In this document: positions 44,201 to 59,200 of the stretch, piece after piece
How positions within the stretch are numbered: position 1 is the stretch's first letter
Layout of the letters: each line of letters starts with the position of its first letter
NCBI GenBank assembly: GCA_032718475.1
Contig: JAUCBJ010006444.1
Location: 38,886 to 102,885, forward strand
Reading direction: 5' to 3'
From: Nemertoderma westbladi
Lineage: Eukaryota; Animalia; Xenacoelomorpha
DNA: 64,000 nt
Made by a program: the position numbers and the translations under genes
The notes under the pieces: generated by a model
What the model was told of the DNA's origin: nothing
Database searches by the model: none
Seen by the model: the letters and a program-made list of their open reading frames with translations, nothing else

Positions 44201-47200
44201 GTGGAGGTTCGTTGTCAGTGCCCCCTCCCCTATCAGTACATGAGTAGTACCAGTGGAGGTTCGTTGTCAGTGCCCCCTCCCCTATCAGTACATGAGTAGT
44301 ACCAGTGGAGGTTCGTTGTCAGTGCCCCCTCCCCTATCAGTACATGAGTAGTACCAGTGGAGGTTCGTTGTCAGTACCCCCTTCCATATCAGTACATGAG
44401 TAGTACCAGTGGAGGTTCGTTGTCAGTGCCCCCTCCTCCCCTATCAGTACATGAGTAGTACCAGTGGAGGTTCGTTGTCAGTACCCCCTTCCATATCAGT
44501 ACATGAGTAGTACCAGTGGAGGTTCGTTGTCAGTGCCCCCTCCCCTATCAGTACATGAGTAGTACCAGTGGAGGTTCGTTGTCAGTGTCCCCTCCCCTAT
44601 CAGTACATGAGTAGTACCAGTGGAGGTTCGTTGTCAGTGCCCCCTCCCCTATCAGTACCTGAGTAGTACCAGTGGAGGTTCGTTGTCAGTGCCCCCTCCC
44701 CTATCAGTACATGAGTAGTACCAGTGGAGGTTCGTTGTCAGTGCCCTCTCCCCTATCAGTACATGAGTAGTACCAATGGAGGTTCGTTGTCAGTGCCCTC
44801 TCCCCTATCAGTACATGAGTAGTACCAGTGGAGGTTCGTTGTCAGTGCCCTCTCCCCTATCAGTACATGAGTAGTACCAGTGGAGGTTCGTTGTCAGTGC
44901 CCCCTCCCCTATCAGTACATGAGTAGTACCCGTGGAGGTTCGTTGTCAGTGCCCCCTCCCCTATCCGTACATGAGTACCAGTGGAGGTTCGTTGTCAGTG
45001 CCCTCTCCCCTATCAGTACATGAGTAGTACCAGTGGAGGTTCGTTGTCAGTGCCCCCTCCCCTATCAGTACATGAGTAGTACCCGTGGAGGTTCGTTGTC
45101 AGTGCCCCCTCCCCTATCAGTACATGAGTACCAGTGGAGGTTCTTTCTCAGTACCCCCTTCCCTATCAGTACATGATTAGTACCAGTGGAGGTTCGTTGT
45201 CAGTGCCCCCTTCCCTATCAGTACATGAGTAGTACCAGTGGAGGTTCGTTGTCAGTGCCCCCTCCCCTATCAGTACATGAGTAGTACCAGTGGAGGTTCG
45301 TTGTCAGTGCCCCCTCCCCTATCAGTACATGAGTAGTACCAGTGGAGGTTCGTTGTCAGTGCCCCCTCCCCTATCAGTACATGAGTAGTACCCGTGGAGG
45401 TTCGTTGTCAGTGCCCCCTCCCCTATCAGTACATGAGTAGTACCAGTGGAGGTTCGTTGTCAGTGCCCCCTCCCCTATCAGTACATGAGTAGTACCAGTG
45501 GAGGTTCGTTGTCAGTGCCCTCTCCCCTATCCGTACATGAGTACCAGTGGAGGTTCGTTGTCAGTGCCCCCTCCCCTATCAGTACATGAGTAGTACCCGT
45601 GGAGGTTCGTTGTCAGTGCCCCCTCCCCTATAGTACATACTAGTACCATTGGAGGTTCGTTGTCAGTGCCCCCTCCCCTATCCGTACATGAGTACCAGTG
45701 GAGGTTCGTTGTCAGTGCCCCCTCCCCTATCAGTACATGAGTAGTACCCGTGGAGGTTCGTTGTCAGTGCCCCCTCCCCTATCAGTACATGAGTAGTACC
45801 CGTGGAGGTTCGTTGTCAGTGCCCCCTCCCCTATCAGTACATGAGTAGTACCCGTGGAGGTTCGTTGTCAGTGCCCCCTCCCCTATCCGTACATGAGTAC
45901 CAGTGGAGGTTCGTTGTCAGTGCCCCCTCCCCTATCAGTACATGAGTAGTACCAGTGGAGGTTCGTTGTCAGTGCCCCCTCCCCTATCAGTACATGAGTA
46001 GTACCAGTGGAGGTTCGTTGTCAGTGCCCCCTTCCCTATCAGTACATGATAGTACCAGTGGAGGTTCGTTGTCAGTGCCCCCTTCCCTATCAGTACATGA
46101 GTAGTACCAGTGGAGGTTCGTTGTCAGTGCCCCCTCCCCTATCAGTACATGAGTAGTACCAGTGGAGGTTCGTTGTCAGTGCCCCCTCCCCTATCAGTAC
46201 ATGAGTAGTACCAGTGGAGGTTCGTTGTCAGTGCCCCCTCCCCTATCAGTACATGAGTAGTACCCGTGGAGGTTCGTTGTCAGTGCCCCCTCCCCTATCA
46301 GTACATGAGTAGTACCAGTGGAGGTTCGTTGTCAGTGCCCCCTCCCCTATCAGTACATGAGTAGTACCAGTGGAGGTTCGTTGTCAGTGCCCTCTCCCCT
46401 ATCCGTACATGAGTACCAGTGGAGGTTCGTTGTCAGTGCCCCCTCCCCTATCAGTACATGAGTAGTACCCGTCCAGGTTCGTTGTCAGTGCCCCCTCCCC
46501 TATCAGTACATTAGTAGTACCATTGGAGGTTCGTTGTCAGTGCCCCCTCCCCTATCCGTACATGAGTACCAGTGGAGGTTCGTTGTCAGTGCCCCCTCCC
46601 CTATCAGTACATGAGTAGTACCCGTCCAGGTTCGTTCTCAGTGCCCCCTCCCCTATAAGTACATGAGTAGTACCCGTGGAGGTTCGTTGTCAGTGCCCCC
46701 TCCCCTATCAGTACATGAGTAGTACCCGTTGAGGTTCGTTGTCAGTGCCCTCTCCCCTATCAGTACATGAGTAGTACCAGTGGAGGTTCGTTGTCAGTGC
46801 CCCCTCCCCTATCAGTACATGAGTAGTACCAGTGGAGGTTCGTTGTCAGTGCCCCCTCCCCTATCAGTACATGAGTAGTACCAGTGGAGGTTCGTTGTCA
46901 GTGCCCCCTTCCCTATCAGTACATGAGTAGTACCAGTGGAGGTTCGTTGTCAGTGCCCCCTCCCCTATCAGTACATGAGTAGTACCAGTGGAGGTTCGTT
47001 GTCAGTGCCCCCTCCCCTATCAGTACATGAGTAGTACCAGTGGAGGTTCGTTGTCAGTGCCCCCTCCCCTATCAGTACATGAGTAGTACCAGTGGAGGTT
47101 CGTTGTCAGTGCCCCCTCCCCTATCAGTACATGAGTAGTACCAGTGGAGGTTCGTTGTCAGTGCCCCCTCCCCTATCAGTACATGAGTAGTACCAGTGGA

Positions 47201-50200
47201 GGTTCGTTGTCAGTGCCCCCTCCCCTATCAGTACATGAGTAGTACCAGTGGAGGTTCGTTGTCAGTACCCCCTTCCATATCAGTACATGAGTAGTACCAG
47301 TGGAGGTTCGTTGTCAGTGCCCCCTCCCCTATCAGTACATGAGTAGTACCAGTGGAGGTTCGTTGTCAGTACCCCCTTCCATATCAGTACATGAGTAGTA
47401 CCAGTGGAGGTTCGTTGTCAGTGCCCCCTCCCCTATCAGTACATGAGTAGTACCAGTGGAGGTTCGTTGTCAGTGTCCCCTCCCCTATCAGTACATGAGT
47501 AGTACCAGTGGAGGTTCGTTGTCAGTGCCCCCTCCCCTATCAGTACCTGAGTAGTACCAGTGGAGGTTCGTTGTCAGTGCCCCCTCCCCTATCAGTACAT
47601 GAGTAGTACCAGTGGAGGTTCGTTGTCAGTGCCCTCTCCCCTATCAGTACATGAGTAGTACCAATGGAGGTTCGTTGTCAGTGCCCTCTCCCCTATCAGT
47701 ACATGAGTAGTACCAGTGGAGGTTCGTTGTCAGTGCCCTCTCCCCTATCAGTACATGAGTAGTACCAGTGGAGGTTCGTTGTCAGTGCCCCCTCCCCTAT
47801 CAGTACATGAGTAGTACCCGTGGAGGTTCGTTGTCAGTGCCCCCTCCCCTATCCGTACATGAGTACCAGTGGAGGTTCGTTGTCAGTGCCCTCTCCCCTA
47901 TCAGTACATGAGTAGTACCAGTGGAGGTTCGTTGTCAGTGCCCCCTCCCCTATCAGTACATGAGTAGTACCCGTGGAGGTTCGTTGTCAGTGCCCCCTCC
48001 CCTATCAGTACATGAGTACCAGTGGAGGTTCTTTGTCAGTACCCCCTTCCCTATCAGTACATGATTAGTACCAGTGGAGGTTCGTTGTCAGTGCCCCCTC
48101 CCCTATCAGTACATGAGTAGTACCAGTGGAGGTTCGTTGTCAGTGCCCCCTCCCCTATCAGTACATGAGTAGTACCCGTTGAGGTTCGTTGTCAGTGTCC
48201 CCTCCCCTATCAGTACATGAGTAGTACCAGTGGAGGTTCGTTGTCAGTGCCCCCTCCCCTATCAGTACATGAGTAGTACCCGTTGAGGTTCGTTGTCAGT
48301 GTCCCCTCCCCTATCAGTACATGAGTAGTACTAGTGGAGGTTCGTTGTCAGTGCCCTCTCCCCTATCCGTACATGAGTACCACTGGAGGTTCGTTGTCAG
48401 TGCCCCCTCCCCTATCAGTACATGAGTAGTACCAGTGGAGGTTCGTTGTCAGTGCCCCCTCCCCTATCAGTACATGAGTAGTACCAGTGGAGGTTCGTTG
48501 TCAGTGTCCCCTCCCCTATCCGTACATGAGTACCAGTGGAGGTTCGTTGTCAGTGCCCTCTCCCCTATCAGTACATGAGTAGTACCCGTTGAGGTTCGTT
48601 GTCAGTGCCCCCTCCCCTATCAGTACATGAGTAGTACCCGTTGAGGTTCGTTGTCAGTGTCCCCTCCCCTATCAATACATGAGTAGTACCAGTGGAGGTT
48701 CGTTGTCAGTGTCCCCTCCCCTATCAGTACATGAGTAGTACCCGTTGAGGTTCGTTGTCAGTGTCCCCTCCCCTATCAGTACATGAGTAGTACTAGTGGA
48801 GGTTCGTTGTCAGTGCCCTCTCCCCTATCAGTACATGAGTAGTACCCGTTGAGGTTCGTTGTCAGTGCCCCCTCCCCTATCCGTACATGAGTAGTACCAG
48901 TGGAGGTTCGTTGTCAGTGCCCTCTCCCCTATCCGTACATGAGTACCACTGGAGGTTCGTTGTCAGTGCCCCCTCCCCTATCAGTACATGAGTAGTACCA
49001 GTGGAGGTTCGTTGTCAGTGTCCCCTCCCCTATCAGTACATGAGTAGTACTAGTGGAGGTTCGTTGTCAGTGCCCCCTCCCCTATCAGTACATGAGTAGT
49101 ACCAGTGGAGGTTCGTTGTCAGTGCCCTCTCCCCTATCAGTACATGAGTAGTACCAGTGGAGGTTCGTTGTCAGTGCCCCCTCCCCTATCAGTACATGAG
49201 TAGTACCAGTGGAGGTTCGTTGTCAGTGTCCTCTCCCCTATCAGTACATGAGTAGTACCAGTGGAGGTTCGTTGTCAGTGCCCCCTCCCCTATCAGTACA
49301 TGAGTAGTACCAGTGGAGGTTCGTTGGCAGTGCCCCCTTCCATATCAGTACATGAGTACCAGTGGAGGTTCGTTGTCAGTGCCCCCTCCCCTATCAGTAC
49401 ATGAGTAGTACCCGTTGAGGTTCGTTGTCAGTGTCCTCTCCCCTATCAGTACATGAGTAGTACCAGTGGAGGTTCGTTGTCAGTGCCCCCTCCCCTATCA
49501 GTACATGAGTAGTACCCGTTGAGGTTCGTTGTCAGTGCCCCCTCCCCTATCAGTACATGAGTAGTACCAGTGGAGGTTCGTTGTCAGTGCCCCCTCCCCT
49601 ATCAGTACATGAGTAGTACCCGTTGAGGTTCGTTGTCAGTGTCCCCTCCCCTTTCAGTACATGAGTAGTACCAGTGGAGGTTCGTTGTCAGTGCCCTCTC
49701 CCCTATCCGTACATGAGTACCACTGGAGGTTTGTTGTCAGTGTCCCCTCCCCTTTCAGTACATGAGTAGTACCAGTGGAGGTTCGTTGTCAGTGCCCTCT
49801 CCCCTATCCGTACATGAGTACCACTGGAGGTTTGTTGTCAGTGTCCCCTCCCCTTTCAGTACATGAGTAGTACCAGTGGAGGTTCGTTGTCAGTGCCCTC
49901 TCCCCTATCCGTACATGAGTACCACTGGAGGTTTGTTGTCAGTGCCCCCTCCCCTATCAGTACATGAGTAGTACCAGTGGAGGTTCGTTGTCAGTGCCCC
50001 CTCCCCTATCACTACATGAGTAGTACCAATGGAGGTTCGTTGTCAGTGCCCCCTCCCCTATCAGTACATGAGTAGTACCAGTGGAGGTTCGTTGTCAGTG
50101 CCCTCTCCCCTATCCGTACATGAGTACCAGTGGAGGTTCGTTGTCAGTACCCCCTCCCCTATCAGTACATGAGTAGTACCCGTGGAGGTTCGTTATCATT

Positions 50201-53200
50201 GCCCCCTCCCCTATCAGTACATGAGTAGTACCCGTGGAGGTTCGTTGTCAGTGCCCCCTCCCCTATCAGTACATGAGTACCAGTGGAGGTTCGTTGTCAG
50301 TGCCCCCTTCCCTATCAGTACATGAGTAGTACCCGTGGAGGTTCGTTGTCAGTGCCCCCTCCCCTATCAGTACATGAGTACCAGTGGAGGTTCGTTGTCA
50401 GTGCCCCCTCCCCTATCAGTACATGAGTACCAGTGGAGGTTCGTTGTCAGTGCCCCCTTCCCTATCAGTACATGAGTAGTACCCGTGGAGGTTCGTTGTC
50501 AGTGACCCCTCCCCTATCAGTACATGAGTAGTACCAGTGGAGGTTCGTTGTCAGTGCCCCCTTCCCTATCAGTACATGAGTAGTACCCGTGGAGGTTCGT
50601 TGTCAGTGCCCCCTCCCCTATCAGTACATGAGTAGTACCCGTGGAGGTTCGTTGTCAGTGCCCCCTTCCCTATCAGTACATGAGTAGTACCAGTGGAGGT
50701 TCGTTGTCAGTGCCCCCTCCCCTATCCGTACATGAGTAGTACCCGTGGAGGTTCGTTGTCAGTGCCCCCTTCCCTATCCGTACATGAGTACCATTGGAGG
50801 TTCGTTGTCAGTGCCCCCTTCCCTATCAGTACATGAGTAGTACCAGTGGAGGTTCGTTGTCAGTGCCCCCTCCCCTATCCGTACATGAGTAGTACCCGTG
50901 GAGGTTCGTTGTCAGTGCCCCCTTCCCTATCCGTACATGAGTACCATTGGAGGTTCGTTGTCACTGCCCCCTTCCCTATCAGTACATGAGTAGTACCATT
51001 GGAGGTTCGTTGTCAGTGCCCCCTTCCCTATCAGTACATGAGTAGTACCAGTGGAGGTTCGTTGTCAGTGCCCCCTTCCCTATCCGTACATGAGTACCAT
51101 TGGAGGTTCGTTGTCAGTGCCCCCTTCCCTATCAGTACATGAGTAGTACCCGTCCAGGTTCGTTGTCAGTGCCCCCTCCCCTATCAGTACATGAGTAGTA
51201 CCCGTGGAGGTCCGTTGTCAGTGCCCCCTTCCCTATCAGTACATGAGTAGTACCAGTGGAGGTTCGTTGTCAGTGCCCCCTCCCCTATCCGTACATGAGT
51301 ACCAGTGGAGGTTCGTTGTCAGTGCCCCCTCCCCTATCAGTACATGAGTAGTACCCGTGGAGGTTCGTTGTCAGTGCCCCCTCCCCTATCAGTACATGAG
51401 TAGTACCATTGGAGGTTCGTTGTCAGTGCCCCCTTCCCTATCAGTACATGAGTAGTACCCGTGGAGGTTCGTTGTCAGTGCCCCCTTCCCTATCAGTACA
51501 TGAGTAGTACCAGTGGAGGTTCTTTGTCAGTGCCCCCTCCCCTATCAGTACATGAGTAGTACCAGTGGAGGTTCGTTGTCAGTGCCCCCTTCCCTATCAG
51601 TACATGAGTAGTACCCGTGGAGGTTCGTTGTCAGTGCCCCCTCCCCTTTCAGTACATGAGTACCAGTGGAGGTTCGTTGTCAGTGCCCCCTCCCCTATCA
51701 GTACATGAGTACCAGTGGAGGTTCGTTGTCAGTGCCCCCTTCCCTATCTGTACATGAGTACTACCAGTGGAGGTTCGTTGTCAGTGCCCCCTCCCCTATC
51801 AGTACATGAGTAGTACCAGTGGGGGTTCGTTGTCAGTGCCCCCTCCCCTATCCGTACATGAGTAGTACCAGTGGAGGTTCGTTGTCAGTGCCCCCCTCCC
51901 CTATCAGTACATGAGTAGTACCAGTGGAGGTTCGTTGTCAGTGCCCCCTCCCCTATCAGTACATGAGTACCAGTGGAGGTTCGTTGTCAGTGCCCCCTTC
52001 CCTATCCGTACATGAGTAGTACCAGTGGAGGTTCGTTGTCAGTGCCCCCTCCCCTATCAGTACATGAGTAGTACCAGTGGAGGTTCGTTGTCAGTGCCCC
52101 CTCCCCTATCCGTACATGAGTACCAGTGGAGGTTCGTTGTCAGTGCCCCCTCCCCTATCAGTACATGAGTAGTACCCGTGGAGGTTCGTTGTCAGTGCCC
52201 CCTCCCCTATCAGTACATGAGTAGTACCCGTTGAGGTTCGTTGTCAGTGTCCCCTCCCCTATCAATACATGAGTAGTACCAGTGGAGGTTCGTTGTCAGT
52301 GTCCCCTCCCCTATCAGTACATGAGTAGTACCCGTTGAGGTTCGTTGTCAGTGTCCCCTCCCCTATCAGTACATGAGTAGTACTAGTGGAGGTTCGTTGT
52401 CAGTGCCCTCTCCCCTATCAGTACATGAGTAGTACCCGTTGAGGTTCGTTGTCAGTGCCCCCTCCCCTATCCGTACATGAGTAGTACCAGTGGAGGTTCG
52501 TTGTCAGTGCCCTCTCCCCTATCCGTACATGAGTACCACTGGAGGTTCGTTGTCAGTGCCCCCTCCCCTATCAGTACATGAGTAGTACCAGTGGAGGTTC
52601 GTTGTCAGTGCCCCCTCCCCTATCAGTACATGAGTAGTACCAGTGGAGGTTCGTTGTCAGTGCCCTCTCCCCTATCCGTACATGAGTACCAGTGGAGGTT
52701 CGTTGTCAGTGCCCCCTCCCCTATCAGTACATGAGTAGTACCAGTGGAGGTTCGTTGTCAGTGTCCTCTCCCCTATCAGTACATGAGTAGTACCAGTGGA
52801 GGTTCGTTGTCAGTGCCCCCTCCCCTATCAGTACATGAGTAGTACCAGTGGAGGTTCGTTGGCAGTGCCCCCTTCCATATCAGTACATGAGTACCAGTGG
52901 AGGTTCGTTGTCAGTGCCCCCTCCCCTATCAGTACATGAGTAGTACCCGTTGAGGTTCGTTGTCAGTGTCCTCTCCCCTATCAGTACATGAGTAGTACCA
53001 GTGGAGGTTCGTTGTCAGTGCCCCCTCCCCTATCAGTACATGAGTAGTACCCGTTGAGGTTCGTTGTCAGTGCCCCCTCCCCTATCAGTACATGAGTAGT
53101 ACCAGTGGAGGTTCGTTGTCAGTGCCCCCTCCCCTATCAGTACATGAGTAGTACCCGTTGAGGTTCGTTGTCAGTGTCCCCTCCCCTTTCAGTACATGAG

Positions 53201-56200
53201 TAGTACCAGTGGAGGTTCGTTGTCAGTGCCCTCTCCCCTATCCGTACATGAGTACCACTGGAGGTTTGTTGTCAGTGTCCCCTCCCCTTTCAGTACATGA
53301 GTAGTACCAGTGGAGGTTCGTTGTCAGTGCCCTCTCCCCTATCCGTACATGAGTACCACTGGAGGTTTGTTGTCAGTGTCCCCTCCCCTTTCAGTACATG
53401 AGTAGTACCAGTGGAGGTTCGTTGTCAGTGCCCTCTCCCCTATCCGTACATGAGTACCACTGGAGGTTTGTTGTCAGTGCCCCCTCCCCTATCAGTACAT
53501 GAGTAGTACCAGTGGAGGTTCGTTGTCAGTGCCCCCTCCCCTATCACTACATGAGTAGTACCAATGGAGGTTCGTTGTCAGTGCCCCCTCCCCTATCAGT
53601 ACATGAGTAGTACCAGTGGAGGTTCGTTGTCAGTGCCCTCTCCCCTATCCGTACATGAGTACCAGTGGAGGTTCGTTGTCAGTACCCCCTCCCCTATCAG
53701 TACATGAGTAGTACCCGTGGAGGTTCGTTATCATTGCCCCCTCCCCTATCAGTACATGAGTAGTACCCGTGGAGGTTCGTTGTCAGTGCCCCCTCCCCTA
53801 TCAGTACATGAGTACCAGTGGAGGTTCGTTGTCAGTGCCCCCTTCCCTATCAGTACATGAGTAGTACCCGTGGAGGTTCGTTGTCAGTGCCCCCTCCCCT
53901 ATCAGTACATGAGTACCAGTGGAGGTTCGTTGTCAGTGCCCCCTCCCCTATCAGTACATGAGTACCAGTGGAGGTTCGTTGTCAGTGCCCCCTTCCCTAT
54001 CAGTACATGAGTAGTACCCGTGGAGGTTCGTTGTCAGTGACCCCTCCCCTATCAGTACATGAGTAGTACCAGTGGAGGTTCGTTGTCAGTGCCCCCTTCC
54101 CTATCAGTACATGAGTAGTACCCGTGGAGGTTCGTTGTCAGTGCCCCCTCCCCTATCAGTACATGAGTAGTACCCGTGGAGGTTCGTTGTCAGTGCCCCC
54201 TTCCCTATCAGTACATGAGTAGTACCAGTGGAGGTTCGTTGTCAGTGCCCCCTCCCCTATCCGTACATGAGTAGTACCCGTGGAGGTTCGTTGTCAGTGC
54301 CCCCTTCCCTATCCGTACATGAGTACCATTGGAGGTTCGTTGTCAGTGCCCCCTTCCCTATCAGTACATGAGTAGTACCAGTGGAGGTTCGTTGTCAGTG
54401 CCCCCTCCCCTATCCGTACATGAGTAGTACCCGTGGAGGTTCGTTGTCAGTGCCCCCTTCCCTATCCGTACATGAGTACCATTGGAGGTTCGTTGTCACT
54501 GCCCCCTTCCCTATCAGTACATGAGTAGTACCATTGGAGGTTCGTTGTCAGTGCCCCCTTCCCTATCAGTACATGAGTAGTACCAGTGGAGGTTCGTTGT
54601 CAGTGCCCCCTTCCCTATCCGTACATGAGTACCATTGGAGGTTCGTTGTCAGTGCCCCCTTCCCTATCAGTACATGAGTAGTACCCGTCCAGGTTCGTTG
54701 TCAGTGCCCCCTCCCCTATCAGTACATGAGTAGTACCCGTGGAGGTCCGTTGTCAGTGCCCCCTTCCCTATCAGTACATGAGTAGTACCAGTGGAGGTTC
54801 GTTGTCAGTGCCCCCTCCCCTATCCGTACATGAGTACCAGTGGAGGTTCGTTGTCAGTGCCCCCTCCCCTATCAGTACATGAGTAGTACCCGTGGAGGTT
54901 CGTTGTCAGTGCCCCCTCCCCTATCAGTACATGAGTAGTACCATTGGAGGTTCGTTGTCAGTGCCCCCTTCCCTATCAGTACATGAGTAGTACCCGTGGA
55001 GGTTCGTTGTCAGTGCCCCCTTCCCTATCAGTACATGAGTAGTACCAGTGGAGGTTCTTTGTCAGTGCCCCCTCCCCTATCAGTACATGAGTAGTACCAG
55101 TGGAGGTTCGTTGTCAGTGCCCCCTTCCCTATCAGTACATGAGTAGTACCCGTGGAGGTTCGTTGTCAGTGCCCCCTCCCCTTTCAGTACATGAGTACCA
55201 GTGGAGGTTCGTTGTCAGTGCCCCCTCCCCTATCAGTACATGAGTACCAGTGGAGGTTCGTTGTCAGTGCCCCCTTCCCTATCTGTACATGAGTACTACC
55301 AGTGGAGGTTCGTTGTCAGTGCCCCCTCCCCTATCAGTACATGAGTAGTACCAGTGGGGGTTCGTTGTCAGTGCCCCCTCCCCTATCCGTACATGAGTAG
55401 TACCAGTGGAGGTTCGTTGTCAGTGCCCCCCTCCCCTATCAGTACATGAGTAGTACCAGTGGAGGTTCGTTGTCAGTGCCCCCTCCCCTATCAGTACATG
55501 AGTACCAGTGGAGGTTCGTTGTCAGTGCCCCCTTCCCTATCCGTACATGAGTAGTACCAGTGGAGGTTCGTTGTCAGTGCCCCCTCCCCTATCCGTACAT
55601 GAGTAGTACCAGTGGAGGTTCGTTGTCAGTGCCCCCTCCCCTATCAGTACATGAGTACCAGTGGAGGTTCGTTGTCAGTGCCCCCTTCCCTATCAGTACA
55701 TGAGTACTACCAGTGGAGGTTCGTTGTCAGTGCCCCCTCCCCTATCAGTACATGAGTAGTACCAGTGGAGGTTCGTTGTCAGTGCCCCCTCCCCTATCCG
55801 TACATGAGTAGTACCAGTGGAGGTTCGTTGTCAGTGCCCCCCTCCCCTATCCGTACATGAGTAGTACCAGTGGAGGTTCGTTGTCAGTGCCCCCTCCCCT
55901 ATCAGTACATGAGTACCAGTGGAGGTTCGTTGTCAGTGCCCCCTTCCCTATCTGTACATGAGTACTACCAGTGGAGGTTCGTTGTCAGTGCCCCCTCCCC
56001 TATCAGTACATGAGTAGTACCAGTGGAGGTTCGTTGTCAGTGCCCCCTCCCCTATCAGTACATGAGTAGTACCAGTGGAGGTTCGTTGTCAGTGCCCCCT
56101 TCCCTATCAGTACATGAGTAGTACCAGTGGAGGTTCGTTGTCAGTGCCCCCTCCCCTATCAGTACATGAGTAGTACCAGTGGAGGTTCGTTGTCAGTGCC

Positions 56201-59200
56201 CCCTTCCCTATCAGTACATGAGTAGTACCAGTGGAGGTTCGTTGTCAGTGCCCCCTCCCCTATCCGTACATGAGTAGTACCAGTGGAGGTTCGTTGTCAG
56301 TGCCCCCTCCCCTATCAGTACATGAGTAGTACCAGTGGAGGTTCGTTGTCAGTGCCCCCTTCCCTATCAGTACATGAGTAGTACCAGTGGAGGTTCGTTG
56401 TCAGTGCCCCCTCCCCTATCAGTACATGAGTAGTACCAGTGGAGGTTCGTTGTCAGTGCCCCCTTCCCTATCAGTACATGAGTAGTACCAGTGGAGGTTC
56501 GTTGTCAGTGCCCCCTTCCCTATCAGTACATGAGTAGTACCAGTGGAGGTTCGTTGTCAGTGCCCCCTCCCCTATCAGTACATGAGTAGTACCAGTGGAG
56601 GTTCGTTGTCAGTGCCCCCTTCCCTATCCGTACATGAGTAGTACCAGTGGAGGTTCGTTGTCAGTGCCCCCTCCCCTATCCGTACATGAGTAGTACCCGT
56701 GGAGGTTCGTTGTCAGTGCCCCCTCCCCTATCAGTACATGAGTAGTACCCGTGGAGGTTCGTTGTCAGTGCCCCCTTCCCTATCCGTACATGAGTAGTAC
56801 CCGTGGAGGTTCGTTGTCAGTGCCCCCTTCCCTATCCGTACATGAGTACCAGTGGAGGTTCGTTGTCAGTGCCCCCTTCCCTATCAGTACATGAGTAGTA
56901 CCATTGGAGGTTCGTTGTCATTGCCCCCTCCCCTATCCGTACATGAGTACCAGTGGAGGTTCGTTGTCAGTGCCCCCTTCCCTATCAGTACATGAGTAGT
57001 ACCCGTGGAGGTTCGTTGTCAGTGCCCCCTTCCCTATCCGTACATGAGTACCAGTGGAGGTTCGTTGTCAGTGCCCCCTTCCATATCAGTACATGAGTAG
57101 TACCATTGGAGGTTCGTTGTCATTGCCCCCTCCCCTATCCGTACATGAGTACCAGTGGAGGTTCGTTGTCAGTGCCCCCTTCCCTATCAGTACATGAGTA
57201 CCAGTGGAGGTTCGTTGTCAGTGCCCCCTTCCCTATCAGTACATGAGTAGTACCAGTGGAGGTTCGTTGTCAGTGCCCCCTTCCCTATCCGTACATGAGT
57301 ACCATTGGAGGTTCGTTGTCAGTGCCCCCTTCCCTATCAGTACATGAGTAGTACCCGTCCAGGTTCGTTGTCAGTGCCCCCTCCCCTATCAGTACATGAG
57401 TAGTACCCGTGGAGGTCCGTTGTCAGTGCCCCCTTCCCTATCAGTACATGAGTAGTACCAGTGGAGGTTCGTTGTCAGTGCCCCCTCCCCTATCCGTACA
57501 TGAGTACCAGTGGAGGTTCGTTGTCAGTGCCCCCTCCCCTATCAGTACATGAGTAGTACCAGTGGAGGTTCGTTGTCAGTGCCCCCTTCCCTATCAGTAC
57601 ATGAGTAGTACCCGTGGAGGTTCGTTGTCAGTGCCCCCTCCCCTATCAGTACATGAGTACCAGTGGAGGTTCGTTGTCAGTGCCCCCTCCCCTATCAGTA
57701 CATGAGTACCAGTGGAGGTTCGTTGTCAGTGCCCCCTTCCCTATCTGTACATGAGTACTACCAGTGGAGGTTCGTTGTCAGTGCCCCCTTCCCTATCAGT
57801 ACATGAGTAGTACCCGTGGAGGTTCGTTGTCAGTGCCCCCTCCCCTTTCAGTACATGAGTACCAGTGGAGGTTCGTTGTCAGTGCCCCCTCCCCTATCAG
57901 TACATGAGTACCAGTGGAGGTTCGTTGTCAGTGCCCCCTTCCCTATCTGTACATGAGTACTACCAGTGGAGGTTCGTTGTCAGTGCCCCCTCCCCTATCC
58001 GTACATGAGTAGTACCATTGGAGGTTCGTTGTCAGTGCCCCCTCCCCTATCCGTACATGAGTAGTACCAGTGGAGGTTCGTTGTCAGTGCCCCCCTCCCC
58101 TATCAGTACATGAGTAGTACCAGTGGAGGTTCGTTGTCAGTGCCCCCTTCCCTATCCGTACATGAGTAGTACCATTGGAGGTTCGTTGTCAGTGCCCCCT
58201 CCCCTATCCGTACATGAGTAGTACCCGTGGAGGTTCGTTGTCAGTGCCCCCTCCCCTATCAGTACATGAGTAGTACCCGTGGAGGTTCGTTGTCAGTGCC
58301 CCCTTCCCTATCCGTACATGAGTAGTACCCGTGGAGGTTCGTTGTCAGTGCCCCCTTCCCTATCCGTACATGAGTACCAGTGGAGGTTCGTTGTCAGTGC
58401 CCCCTTCCATATCAGTACATGAGTAGTACCATTGGAGGTTCGTTGTCATTGCCCCCTCCCCTATCCGTACATGAGTACCAGTGGAGGTTCGTTGTCAGTG
58501 CCCCCTTCCCTATCAGTACATGAGTAGTACCCATGGAGGTTCGTTGTCAGTGCCCCGTCCCCTATCAGTACATGAGTAGTACCAGTGGAGGTTCGTTGTC
58601 AGTGCCCCGTCCCCTATCTGTACATGAGTAGTACCGGTGGGGGTTCGTTGTCAGTGCCCCCTTCCCTATCAGTACATGAGTAGTACCCGTGGAGGTTCGT
58701 TGTCAGTGCCCCGTCCCCTATCAGTACATGAGTAGTACCATTGGAGGTTCGTTGTCAGTGCCCCCTTCCCTATCAGTACATGAGTAGTACCAGTGGAGGT
58801 TCGTTGTCAGTGCCCCCTCCCCTATCCGTACATGAGTAGTACCAGTGGAGGTTCGTTGTCAGTGCCCCCTTCCCTATCCGTACATGAGTACCATTGGAGG
58901 TTCGTTGTCAGGGCCCCCTTCCCTATCAGTACATGAGTAGTACCAGTGGAGGTTCGTTGTCAGTGCCCCCTTCCCTATCCGTACATGAGTACCATTGGAG
59001 GTTCGTTGTCAGTGCCCCCTTCCCTATCAGTACATGAGTAGTACCCGTCCAGGTTCGTTGTCAGTGCCCCCTCCCCTATCAGTACATGAGTAGTACCCGT
59101 GGAGGTCCGTTGTCAGTGCCCCCTTCCCTATCAGTACATGAGTAGTACCAGTGGAGGTTCGTTGTCAGTGCCCCCTCCCCTATCCGTACATGAGTACCAG